From Callorhinchus milii (Eukaryota): a stretch of DNA of 64,000 nt. The stretch covers positions 70,310,001-70,374,000 of the forward strand of contig NW_024704742.1 in NCBI RefSeq assembly GCF_018977255.1. Reading direction: 5' to 3'. The notes beneath the pieces were generated by a model. The model worked only from the letters and a program-made list of their open reading frames with translations, had not been told where the DNA came from and did no database searches. Made by a program: the position numbers and the translations under genes. The stretch's first letter is position 1. The number at the start of each line of letters is the position of its first letter. Positions 26,032 through 39,400 of this stretch are shown here, one piece after another.

Positions 26032-28136
26032 GTGAGTGACATTAATAATAATAATCCTTGCATTTCACCTAGCGCCTTATCACAACATCAAGGCATCTCA
26101 CAGAGCTTCCTACGATATTACGAAGTGCAGTGACCGTATTTCTCTCAGCAATCAATTTGCGCACTGCAACATCCACTCCAAAGAACTCTGAGGCACTGCC
26201 ACATTCGAAGGGTACTATATAAATGCAAGTTATTGTTGTCCCACAATTTTATTGAGTGTCCAATTTTATCTGGGGGATTGTTGGCCAGGACACCGGGAGA
26301 AAGAAACTGGCTTCTCTTTTCCAACAGTGCCATAGGATCTTTGATGTCCACCTGTACAGGTACAGACGGGTCCTTGATTTAACATGGGGCCTTGAACCCA
26401 CAACCTTCTGACTCAGAGACGAGAGAGCTATCAACCGAACCAGGCTGAGACCTGAAGAGGTTTATTGCACTATAATAATAATAATAATTTGATACAACAT
26501 ACTTGGTATAACATAGAAATGTCTTCAAACGCTTCATAGGGAACTGCCCACAAATACACAGTCACTACACTTGACAGCAAATTTTGATATTATACGCACT
26601 ACTTGTCTCAGTCTGACTCAGTCGATAGTACTCTCGACTGAGTCCCACTTCGGGACTTTTGAGCTCATCCAGTCTGTGGGGTAACTAATGGGGGAGAGGT
26701 TAATTAAATGGGCTCTTTGATGCTTACCAGTCAATGCAATCACTCTGACAGACAAATTGAACCGTGTAATTACAAAGTGGAATGGATTGGATGAAATTGA
26801 GTTGTTTGGTGGCTGATACTAAGGTGAGGACCTCAATCCATAGCAGGCTGAACCAGATGACAGTTGTCACAGTTGGAGGTCACGAAACAGCCAGCCTTTA
26901 GAGGAAAAACACTAGCAAGTCAGCAAGAAACAGGGACTTAGTAATGGATGGAGGAAGAACTTCTTATAGCATCTGGTTATAATAATAACCCTTGCATTTC
27001 ATATAGCACTGTATAACATCATTGACATGACTCAAAGCGCTTCACAGAATATATTGTAAAGTGAATTGACAGTGGGTATTTTGTGGATGAAATTTGACAG
27101 CCAATTGGGCACAGCAAAATCACATTGTAACGTCTTAAGGAGCTTCGCACGGATTGTTGTAAAGTGTAGTAACTGTGTATTGTTACATCTTATCACAAAA
27201 TGCCTCAACGAGCTTTGCAGGAATTGTTGCTCATTGGATTGCCCAACTCCTCCCTCCAAAAGCTGTAGATACTTCAGAACTCTGCAGCCTGTCTTCTCTC
27301 ACACACTAAATTCCGTGACCCTATCACCCCCACCCTCACTCGGCACCACTGGATCCCCATCCCCCGGAGGATTCAGTTCAAAATCCTTGTCCTCAGTTTT
27401 AAAGCCCTCCACGGTCTTGCTCCACCATACCTCTATGGCCTTTTTATACCCTACCAACCTGCCTGTTCCCTCACTCAGCAGTCAGTGGCCCCCCAGCCGA
27501 CCTCAACATGGGCGGGCTTCCAGACTTTCTGCCCCCACCCTCTGGAACTCCATCCTAGAGTCCCTTCACCTCACACCTTCCATCGCCTCCTTCAAGCTCC
27601 AACTCAAAACCTTCCTCTGACTACACTGTCAGTCATCTTCACCCACTCACCCCCACCTCCATCCAATCCCCAGCTCGGGTGCAAATCCTCAACTGTCCAA
27701 TGCCTTGGGATGTTCTCCTGTCATGAAAGGCACTATATAAATGCAATTTTTGTTATTGTCAAATGTTGTCATTGTCGGCAAGCATGGCACGCATTTTATG
27801 CATAGCAAGGTCCCACCAATAAGCCATGAGGTGAATTGGCAACTGTCTCAATGGTTGTTGGTCAGGACATTGGGAAAAACTTCCTTCTCTTTTCCAATAA
27901 TGCCATGTCATATAAAACATTTATCTGAAGAACAGACAAATCTCATTTTAACATCTAACCCAAAGGGCAGCACCTCCAACAATGTAATGCTCCCCCCAGG
28001 ATACCACTGGAGCATCAGCCTTAACTGTCAGATCAACATTTGTGGGGCTTGAACCCAGAACCATCAGCCCCAGCAGCTACTGACGCAAGTGGACACATAT
28101 AGGCTACCTTACACTTCAGCTCCATGAAGTGTCTTT

Positions 28137-28458
28137 GGAGTCCTGTAGCTCAGTGGTTAGAGAACTCGCCTCGCACGCGAGAGACCTGGTTTCAATTCCC
28201 AGCAGGTCGAAACCTTGGGCAGGTTTCCTTACTCCACACGCCTGATAAAAATCCCTCAAGAAAAAAACCAATAATAAATTGGTCATTTTCAATCCACAAT
28301 TGTTTGTGGGACACTGCTGTGCACAATTGACTGCTGCGTTTCGCCCAAAAGTATACAGTCAATTCACTTTACAGTATATTGTGTGAAGCACTTTGAGACG
28401 TCTAGAAGACGTGAAAAGCGCTATATCAAAAGCAATGATTATTATTATTATTATTATT
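28137..28458 (+). mobile_element. Full-length young tRNA-SINE
   Basis: Same head, core and tail; 13-bp TSD ATGAAGTGTC(T/C)TT at 28124-28136 and 28459-28471. Confidence 0.9.
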
Positions 28459-31278
28459 ATGAAGTGTCCTTAAAACCAGGGAAAACCAAGACTTGTTCAG
28501 GACTGAAGACAATAGAATGACAGTTCATTTATTCTGTTACAGAAAAGCTGCTGATATATCACTGAGAAATATTTACATGGGTTCTACCGAAAATGATCTT
28601 GTCCCTGTTTCCCATACCATCCCTTGCCATCCTTTGCCGACATAATTGGATGTGATTGAATGGGATAGGATAGGAAGTTTTGGGAAGGGATATGATGGGA
28701 TGTGCTGGGAAGGGAAAGGAAGGGAGGAAGCTCACAAAATCCAAACAGCCATATCACTATACAATATATCCTGTGAAGCGCATTGAGACATCTTGACAAC
28801 ATTATGAAAGGCAAGATTTGTTTTTGTTATTATTATTATTATGATGTTATTACAGTTTACATGACGATGTTATTACAGTTTCTAATTGTTTTTCAGTGAT
28901 GATTGAGCTCCGTCATTCAACAAACAGCCATTTGTTGAACTCTGTTCACTTTTGTACCATGTGTACAAAATTATTTAGCTAAATAAAAATAATAATAATA
29001 AATTGGTCACTTCAATGCACGACTGTTTGTGGGGACTGCTGTGTGCAATTGGCTGCCACATTTCGCCCACAAAATATACAGTCAATTCGCTTTACACTAT
29101 GTTCTGTGAAACGCTTTGAAATGTCTCGAAAATGTGATCAGGCACTGTATCAAATACAAGGATTATTATTATTATAGTCAGCCAGACCAATAACACTGCC
29201 ACTTTACATATGATTGGATGTTACTTTTCTTAGTAACTAAATAGCTACTTTTTGCAGAAGGTTGATATTTTGTTCATTATTATTATTATTTATTATTATC
29301 ATCATCGCACTCTTCCCTTTCCATCCCATCCCTTCCTTTCCCTTCCCATCCAATCATTATACCCATCCGATCCCATCCTATATAACAACATCACTATATA
29401 AAATAAGCAAGCAACATTGGCAGGCACACTGGGTAGACAGGATCTCATCCCTTCTCTATTCAGATGGTTTTAATGGAATAGGAGATACCTGTGTCTCAAA
29501 ATAATTACATTGGATTGAATTTCGAAGGCATTAAAATTTTACCTTTGTCAAAGTCACCACAGCTTTCAGAATTACGATGCTGTGCAATTAGGGAATTACA
29601 GACAGAACATAATTAAAATCACTAAATTAATCATTTGATGTACAGATTCAGCTAAAAAAAGGTTAATTTTGTTTAATTACAGTAAATCTTGGAATGCAAA
29701 ACAGTTTTTATTGATCTGACCATACCGGTTGACTCTCATTGCAAAGAGAGCTACAAAGAGTCTGGCTGAGAGTTGTATTTGCATAGATCTTAGCTAAGGG
29801 AATAAGACCGAAGCAAATATTCCCTCAGTCTTGCCCATACCCTACCTCTGCAACCTCCTGCAACCCTATTGACCCGGCCACTCCCTCTGCTCAACGATCA
29901 ATAGCCTGCTTCACGTCCACTGCCAGACCCACACCACCATCGGCAGCTCTCTTACCCTGCTCTCTGGAACTCCATCCCTCCAAATCGTCCCCTCCATTCC
30001 CATCTTTTAAACCCGTCTCAAGGCTAATCTGGCCAACAATTCCCCAAATTAAAAAAATGGTCAATCACTCCACCACTGTTTATGGGACACTGCTGTGCGC
30101 AATTGGATGCCACGTTTTACCCACAAAATACACAGTCAATCCACTTTACAGTTTATCCTGTGAAGTGCTTTGAGATGTTTCAACAAGGTGCTACATCAAA
30201 TGCAAAGATTATTATTATTACCTCTTTGACTGTACCTCTTTGAGAATAATAATTATTCTTGCCTCTGTTTACCTGGTATTAAGTAGGAACCTGGATGTTA
30301 AGTCTATTGGCTTTCTGGGGGTAATATTCTTCAAAAAAATAATAATAATTTGGTCGACTGTTTTTGGGACATACCGTGCACAAATGGCTGCCATGTTTCG
30401 CCCACAAAATATAGTAAATTTACTTTATTATTGTTATTACCTTTGACTGCACTTTTGAGTATATTTCCCCTCCCCCAGACAGTCGTGTGAAGCCTTTTCA
30501 GTCATTTTGTTGTGAATATAAATGCAGTATAGAAAACAACTTTGATATAAACCTATATATTGTTAAGAATTTGGATAATCCATCCCCACAAGACGCTCAT
30601 GAAGATTCATCAATGGAATCCTTCACAAAGGGGAACCGCATAATTATTCCAATAAGGTACCATATTGTTGGGGGTGCCGTGTTTCAGATGAGATGTGAAA
30701 CCGAGGCCCCATCTGTGCCTGTTCAGGTGGATGCTAAATATCCCCTGACACTACTTGAAAAGAGAATGGAGTTTCTCCAAGTATCCTGGCCCACAAACCC
30801 TTAGCCCTGCCTGACTGCTTCTCACCCAGCTCCAACACACACCCACACACAACCAGTAGGGGGTGCTACAGAGCGATCAGGAGCAGGATTCCTGTCTGAT
30901 TTACCCCTCCCCTTAACCTGGGAAGGCTGGGGGCTGATTTAGCCCTGGTTGACACCAACAAACTCAGCACGGAATGGGATTCGATCCATGGAGATTCTGG
31001 TCCAGTAATCTGCAACTGTATACACTACCATCAGGACCGCCCCTTGGAAGGATCTTCAAAGCCTCTCTGAATGGGCATGATTGGGCCTGGGTTTAGCATC
31101 TCATCTGAAGGTTGTTTCTCAGACGAGGAGGGGCTGTCCTCAACACTTTGCTGTGATCTCACTGGTGATAAACAGCACATCATGTGCCGCATTTTTCATA
31201 CAAAGAAAACTCTTTAGAATACAGAAACCAGTGACAGACTACCAATTGCCATATTATTCATATTTTCTTCAATTTCAG

Positions 31279-31319
31279 GTTGGTTCAGAGGCTATTCCCT
31301 GAGAAACAAATCAGTCAAG
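31279..31319 (+). CDS. DOCK2: DOCK2-like exon 3 (GWFRGYSLRNKSVK)
   Basis: TTTCAG acceptor, GTAAGT donor, 41 nt; W(Y/F)RGY SH3 motif. Confidence 0.93.
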
Positions 31320-33160
31320 GTAAGTCTGTTTTCTTTGTATGTTTGGCTCAGTTGGGGGCAGTCCTAGTTCTTTTGTTACAAGCCATAATGGCCCTGATAT
31401 ACTTCACAAAGTGCTTAGTAAATGAACAAATTGGGAGGTTAGGATATGGAATGCCCTGCCTGGAGCAGTGGTTGAGGCAGAATCCATATTGGTTTTTGAA
31501 AGGGGATGAGATCAATGCCTAAAAAAAGTCTGGGGACTATGGGAAAGGGTCGGTGAATGGGACTGAAAGGATTGCTCTTTAAAAGAGCTGGCATGGACAC
31601 GATGGATCAAATGGCCTTCTTCTGTGCTGTAAATTACTATGGTTCACTTTGAAACATTGCAATGCGTTGCATTGTCAGAGGCGCCGTGCTTCGGTTGAGA
31701 TGTTAAATCAAGGTCCTGTCTGTGCCTGTTCAGGTGGATGTTAAAGGGACGTTAATCAAAAAAGAGAAGGTAGTTTCTCTCTCCCGGTGTCCTGGCCGAC
31801 AATCCCTCTGAGAAAATCGTTCATTCAAGGCTGATTGCGGGACATTGCTACTCAAATTTGGCTGCCGCGTTCACCAACAAAATAATAATAATAATAATAA
31901 TAATCCTTGCATTTTATATAGCGCTTTTCACGTCGGGAGGACGTCCCAAAGCGCTTCACAGAACACACTGTAAAGTGAATTGACTGTATATTTGTGGGCG
32001 AACGCGGCAGCCAATTGCGCACAGCAATGTCCCACATATACAGCCACCACACGCCACAGTATATCCTTTCTTCCAATGTCAAGAGGTCTATATTGAATGC
32101 AAAGATTAGTATTATTCTGGTGCACTGAAGTGTCAATACTAAATGTTTTGTTGACCACTAAAGATTTAGTATTTACTGGGGGACTGGCAGGGGGAAGGGG
32201 GGAGGGTTCACCCAAACGCAGGTTGCGTGAACAAGCATTCTTTAGTCTCTTCCTTAGCAGGAAGTGGTTATGATTGTGCAAGTGAAAGGCAGTCGAACCG
32301 GCAACTGATAACTATGAATATGGTTCCTCCTTGGCCACGGAGGCGAATGAGTCTGCAAAAGAGCATCAACCGTAAATCCATCGAAACTCAGCTCACTGTT
32401 TCATTTCCTGTGATTGATGGCATGACCGAGCTTCCACGGGCAATGGCATTCAAGGATGTGAGCTTTGAGGCTCGGTCCGATGGCCTGAATATGATTGGTC
32501 TCTCCTTATTCATGCAGAGATTCATATGGCTCAGTTGATGGTGCTCTCACCTATGATTCAGAAGGCTGTGGGTTCAAGCCACACATCAGGCCTTTGAACT
32601 GACAATCTAGCCTGTCACTCCAAAGTAGTGCTGGGGCAGAGGGGGCACATAGTCAGAGATACTATCTTTGGATGAAATGCTATACCAAAGTCACTGTCTG
32701 TCTGTTCAAGTGGACGTGAAAGGTTCTGTGGTGGTATTTGAGAGAGGGTTTCCTAGCCAACAATCCCCCAAATAAAACCGGTTGTTCGCATCATGGCTTT
32801 TTGTGGCGACGTCGCTGTGCACAAACTGCCTGTTGAATTTGTTTAGAAAATACAGTCACTACACTTCACTCTATGAAGTGCTTTAGAGCGAGATAAGGTG
32901 GTGTGTCAATCAAATTTGAGGGTGTCTGACCCGGAGGGGAGAGTAAACACTAGTTGAGCCAAGCCATCGTGTTAACCAGCTCAGAGACAAACACACAGGC
33001 AAGGATCAATAAAATCACATGGACATGTGGGTTCTGGAGTCCGTTTAGCACCAGCTCAGCAAATGTGTGTTAGTTAATGCTTGTCAGTCTTTTCCTTCAG
33101 GTAATTAACCTTACACAAGGAGAATAATTGTATCTTCTCTCTCTCTCGTTCGTTCTGCAG

Positions 33161-33216
33161 GGCATATTTCCGGCATCAGTCATCCATGTCAAACATGCAG
33201 CTGTTGAGATCAGAGG
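33161..33216 (+). CDS. DOCK2: DOCK2-like exon 4 (GIFPASVIHVKHAAVEIRG)
   Basis: CTGCAG acceptor, GTAAGT donor, 56 nt; GIFP end of SH3. Confidence 0.93.
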
Positions 33217-34859
33217 GTAAGTGCTCATGGGCAGTCACCATGCGTTGAGTCATGTCCTTATAGGATGTGCTGCACTTGAGAGATACTCAGGTCAGTTGCT
33301 GCAACAGTTGCTGCAATAGTCTATGTATGTGCACTAGTGTCCCATTATCAAATGCGCTGTCCTTTGGATGAGACATTAAACCGAGATCCAGTCTGTGTCT
33401 GTTCAGGTGGATGTTAAAGATCCCGCGATCCCGTGCCTTGGGATGTCTCGATGACATGATAAGGCGCTCTATCAAACGCAAGGATTATTATTATTGCAGG
33501 CAGGGTGGCAAGTCTCCAGGCTGAGTCTTCCCAAGGAGAAGTTGCTAACCTCCCCCAATTCCCTGCCTTCAAAGAGGATAGTTATCAGACCAATTGGTCA
33601 TTAGCAAAGATGGGAGGGGAGAGGAGATTTACCAAAATTATACCAGAGATGATGGTTTAGTTTATGAACGGAATTGGAAGGTGCTCCATTGGAACAAAGA
33701 AGGTGGAGGGTAACCAGACAGGTCTTTAAATGATGAAAGGGTTTGATAGAGTCAATTGAGCGAAATTATTTCCACTGGTCGGTGAGTCATGACAAGAGGG
33801 CATCAATGTAAGATAGTTATCAAACAAGCACATGTGAAGGTTAGGAGAATGTTTGTCACGTACAGAGTGGTTAGGATATGGAATTCTGTTCTGGGAACGA
33901 TGGTTGAGGCAGAATTTATATTCGTTTTCAATGGGGAATTAGATATCTAAAAAGAAGACAACTACAGGGTTAATGAGAAAGGGCAGTGAAATGGGACTGA
34001 AAGAATTGCTTTATGAAAGAGGCGGCACAGACACCATGGACCGAATGGGTTTCTTCTGTGCTGTGAATTTCTGTGGTTCTATGATTCTTATCCCAGCATT
34101 GAGCTCTCGTTATCAGGAACCAGGAATTCCTCATGAGTTGATTTCTGAGTAACACAAACCAGTGAAAGGGTATTTGTTGTCATGAGGTGCAGTCTGTGGA
34201 AATGAAATCACTCTGAGAGTTTTCAGCATGTTTGTAACTTTGTATGGCTATCAGACAAATAGTTAATCTAAAAATGTTTTTTAAAAAATTTGCCTGTAAG
34301 GTCACACTGCAATCATGTCACCAATGAAACTTGGAACAGTCAAGGAGTGAGCACCAACACAGACAGAATAGGGAAATAGCAGAGAATGGGATTAGAGTAG
34401 AGAGCTCCAGTGGGGGAGTGAGCACCAATACAGACACGATGGGGAAAGAGCAGGGAATCGGATCACAAGAGATATTTGGATGAAGAAGGCCCTTCAGCCT
34501 GTTTAATCTCATCCTGAGAGAATACTCATTCAATGGTTCTGCATCACAGAATCAAGCTGTTTCTTAAATGAATCTCAGCGTCCGGGCCCCAGCCACCCTT
34601 CCTGGTAACTCATATTCCAGTCTTTAATTACCTTCTTGGTGTCTGTACTGAAATGGCCTTTTGTTACCCTGATACTGTAGTCCCTCATCCTGCTGCTTTG
34701 GCGTATCTGAAACTATCATTCTGGGTTTACGTTCTCAATCATGTGTAAAACCTTATCCACTGGTTCTCTCTGAGATAAGAGTAAAGATCTCCCTCAAACT
34801 ATCCACTGGGAACATCCTGGGTTGGATTACATTGACACTGGTTTTCATTCTTTCCAAAG

Positions 34860-34956
34860 GAACCAGGAGACCATTGTCTCTTTGGAGATGCCTCTGGTCC
34901 AGGAGATTACAACCACCTTGCGGGAATGGTTCAACATCTGGAAACAGCTGTACGCG
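34860..34956 (+). CDS. DOCK2: DOCK2-like exon 5 ([32 protein letters not shown])
   Basis: AAG acceptor after pyrimidine tract, GTAAGC donor, 97 nt; PLxQE(V/I)TTTLxEW..IWKQLY motif. Confidence 0.95.
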
Positions 34957-36271
34957 GTAAGCAAGTGAACCACGGGCTGGGAATTCCACCTGGCCTTTGC
35001 CTGAGATACCACTGCCAAGTTTTGGCAAAAATCTCCAATTGAAAATGAATTTAGAAGCCAGTTTCTCTGTAAAAAGTGTGGGGGGAAACAGCCTCTGATT
35101 TATGGCTGGATTCACATACCATCCTCAGTTCTTTCCCCATCCATCATTCATTTTCATTGACTGGTTGTGGGATGTCACTGTGTGCAAATTGGCTGCCGCA
35201 TGCATAGTCACTACACTTTTACTGTCATTTCCTGTGAAGCACTTTGAGACGTCCTCTCAACATGAAATTATAATGTCAATTATCAGACTTATTTTTCTGT
35301 TATTATTGTAAGACAATGCTGTCTTGCAGGCTAAGACTAGGTGGAATTTGTTGTTACAAGTCAATAGGGGTTTAAATTGGCCCCTTTTTCTGCAATAAAA
35401 TGATGATGTTGAAGTGAAAATGTTCCCTCAACATCCTTACTCCATCTTATTACATGCCAGTGTCAGCCTGGCTCAGGCAGCAGTCTCTGGGCCAGAAAAT
35501 TGTGGGTTGAAGACCCACATTCGGAGACTCTGAGCTCACAGTCTAAGATTGACGCTTCAGTGCAGTGCCTGGCGGAGCGCTGCATTGTCAGTGGCCCCTT
35601 CTGAACCTCTTCAAGTAGACGTTAAAGATCCCACCGGCTATTCGAAAAGAGAAGGGAGTTTCTATTTTCCAGTGTTATGGCCAACAACCACCCCAAATAA
35701 AATTTGTTTCTTTTTGTCTGTTTGTGGGACGTTCCTGTGAGCAAATTGGCTGCCACGTTTGCCTATACAAAATACACAGTCACTATACTTGTGAAGTTAC
35801 TTTGAGAAGTTTTCACAACAAGATAAGACACTATCAAAGTCCTGTGAGGGGGCAGGGGTGATAGGCTCCCAGAACCGTTAAGCCTGCCCCCTTCCCCATC
35901 CAATTGCGAACATGTATTGGTGCGCTCACGCCCATAGGGGACCCCAGACCAGATAATAACATCTCGTAAACCAACTCTGTTTCAAGTGTTCCACGAGGAA
36001 TGAAATAAGCAGAGCAATGGCACTGCCTCGCACAGCCATCCACACTGATTATTCCTCACTCCCACGAACACCTCACTCTGCCCGTGTTCCCAGGGAATCA
36101 GAGGATCTAACCAGCTCGAGGGGAAAGAGAGAGGGGTGGGGGGGGGGGCAGAGAGACGGGGGTGGGTGCAGAGAGAGAAGGGGATCAGAAAAAGAGGGGA
36201 AGAGTGGGGGGCAGAAAGGGGATCAGAGAGAAAGGGGCAGAGAGGTGGGGGGGACGGAGAGAGACACATAC

Positions 36272-36465
<194 letters not shown>

Positions 36466-39400
36466 GTGTGAGAGAGGGCAGAGGGAGAAAATGAGAGAGA
36501 GACAGAGAAGGATAGAGAGAGAAAGAGAGAGGGACATGTACACACGCTTAGCTAAGCATTTTGAGATATCCTCCTGATGCGAAAAGCGCTGTGTAAATGT
36601 AAACTGTGGCCGGGCAGCCTGAGCTAGGGGGGCAGACGAGGAGCTAAAGCTGTTGTCCTCCTGTCGTGTTTTGTTGGGTTATTACAAGGTGGACACACTT
36701 TGGTGCATTAAATCCTGCACCAGGCTCCCCGAGCAACCCCCTACTTCCCCCTCATCCTCTCTCAGCTCCCAATGCCTTGAGAGTTCAATCCTCTCCCTCG
36801 CGCTCAAACCCCTCCACAGTCTCCCCCTCCCTATCTCTGTGACCTCCAGTGACCTGGCTGCTCATGTCCCCCTGTCTGGCCCTCCCCACCGTCAGTGGGC
36901 GGACTTTCAGCCAATCTGCCTTGCTCTCTGGAACTCCATCCTGGAGTCCCTCATGTCGTGAGGATGTCTCAAAGTACTGAGCAAAGCAAAGCTAGGTGCC
37001 TTGAGACGTTCTTCCAACGTGAAAGGTGCTGTGTTAATGTAAAGTGGATTGACCCTCCCCCACCCCAATGATAATTGTAAGTAACCAGCTCGGGGCTCCC
37101 GCCAGGTGGCGCTGTGCATCGGTTTCTGGGGAACCCGAGCTGGATGTAACCAGCCGTAAGGGAAAGAGAGATAGAGAGAAAAAGATAGACAGAGAAAGAG
37201 AGCGGCACAGTCCAGGCTGACACTCCCATGTGTTGCTGGGAGGACCACTGCATTGTCAGGGGTACCATTCTATAGATGAGACTGCAAATCAAGATCCCGT
37301 CTGCGCCTGTACAGGTGGAACTTCAAAGATCCCAGGACACTATTTGAAAACAGAGAAAGGAGTTTTGTCGCTACCTGTGTCCCGGTCAACAATCCCACGG
37401 TGTTTCGGGACATTGCTATGTGGATATTGGCTGCTGAGTTTGCCTAAAAAAAAATCACACAGACACTGGACTTTAGGACTTGAACTCACATAGTCTAAGT
37501 TGACACCCCAATGCAGTCCTGGGGTGTGTTGTATTGTTGGAGGTGCCGTCCTTCGAATGAGACGTTAAACTGTGGTACTGTTCTGCCTGTTCAGGTGGAT
37601 GTTAAAGATCCCATGGCACTGTTTGAAAAGAGAAGCGGGTTTCTCCTTGCTTTGAGACATCTCAACGATGTGATACGGCACTATATCAAATGCAAGGATT
37701 ATTATTATTCAGTGCATTGAGACATCCCCTGATGTGAAAGACGCTGTTTCAAATGCAAACAATGTGTGAGCCGGAGGCACAACAATGCTGACTAGGTGGG
37801 GGACTGTATCGGTCGGACGTCTGCTGACATTTTCAATACAATTAACAAGCTGAGTGATAAGACTGAGGCTGTTACTTATTTATAAACAGGGAAAACATCC
37901 TTAGGGTTTAATTAAAATGAAACTAAACTTCCATTTGCACTGCGAATTTAATAAATAACAATAATCATTCCACATGATTTAGCACCTGTAGCAGTTCAAC
38001 GCACTTAAGAAACTTACTGCAAAGTGGAGTGATTGCATTTTTACATGAATGCAACAGCCAATTTTTATGCACAGCAACATCCCATAAACAGCCATGTTCA
38101 GGTGGACATTAAAGATCCCACAACGCACTTTTTGAAAAGAGAAGGGAGTTTCTCTCTCCCGGAGTCCTAGCCGACAATCCCTCAGATAAAATCGGCCACT
38201 CATTTCATGGCTGTTTGTGGGATGTTGCAATGCACAAATTGGTTTCCGTGTTCGCCTGCAAAGTGCAGTCACTGCTCACGTTACAGTGCCTTCACTTCAC
38301 AGTAAAACTCTGAAGCAGTTTGAGATATCCTTCTGAATGATATCAAATGCAAGGATTGTTATATAACAAGGAACTTTTTTCAATGTGTAACGTAATAATT
38401 TTACATTTGGTATAATGCCTTTCAGTTTGGGAAAACGTCTCAAAGGGCTTTACAAAATTAACTATTAATTGCAGTGACTGTTTATTTTGTGGGCAAAAGC
38501 GACAGCTCATTTGCACACAGCAGCGTCCTGCAAACAGTCATGGAGTGAGTGACCAATTTTATTTGGGGGATTGCTGGCCAGGATCCCGGGAGAGAGAAAC
38601 TTCCTTCTCTTTTCGAATCGTGCCATGGGATCTTTAACATCCACCAGAACAGGCACGTTCAGGTGACCTTGGTTTAACGTCTCGTCCAAAGGATGACACC
38701 TCCAACAATACAACACTCCCCAGCTCTGCACGGTGTCAGCTTGGACTATGTGATTCCAAGCCCTGACGTGGGACTTCAACCCACGACTTTCTGACTCAGA
38801 AGCGAGAGAGTTGTCAACTGAGCCAGGCTGATATAATTTATAATAGCAAAGCAAGCTTGCAGTAATTATTCGCAAATGTAGCAATTCATTTCTGTAGGCA
38901 AACAAAACAGTCATTTTATGCTCAGCAAAGTCCCACAAACAGCTGTAAGGTGAACGATTAAATAAATTCCAAATAAGTTTGCGGGGATCTTTAACACTTG
39001 AACAGGCACAGCTGGGGATCAGGTTAATGTCTCACTCGAAGCATTAACAATGGCACCTCTGACAATGCAGCACTCCTAACTCCCTGTGCTCCACTGGGAC
39101 ATCAGCCTGGCATGCGAGCTCAAATCCCAACCTAACTGGGGCTTGAGCCCGCGATCGGCTGACCCAGAGGCGTTTGAGGGTCACCGTAATGTGAGCCAGG
39201 CTGACACCTGCACCCAGGACTAAAACACATTTGAATTGAGGCTCAATATTATTGAGCCGAGCTCTTTGTGGCTGAATGAGGGGTTTGATTATTGTCACCC
39301 GAAGACTGACTCCTTTCACTGTGCGACTCCCCCTCCCCCTTGCCTGGCCTGAAATTTCTGAACAGATTGACTTCAAGATTGACTCACTCGTTTTCAAATC

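Noticed and set aside
28600..29385. Possible MITE from inverted GGGA/TCCC-rich tracts
   Set aside because: Low-complexity match only; no crisp TIR or TSD.
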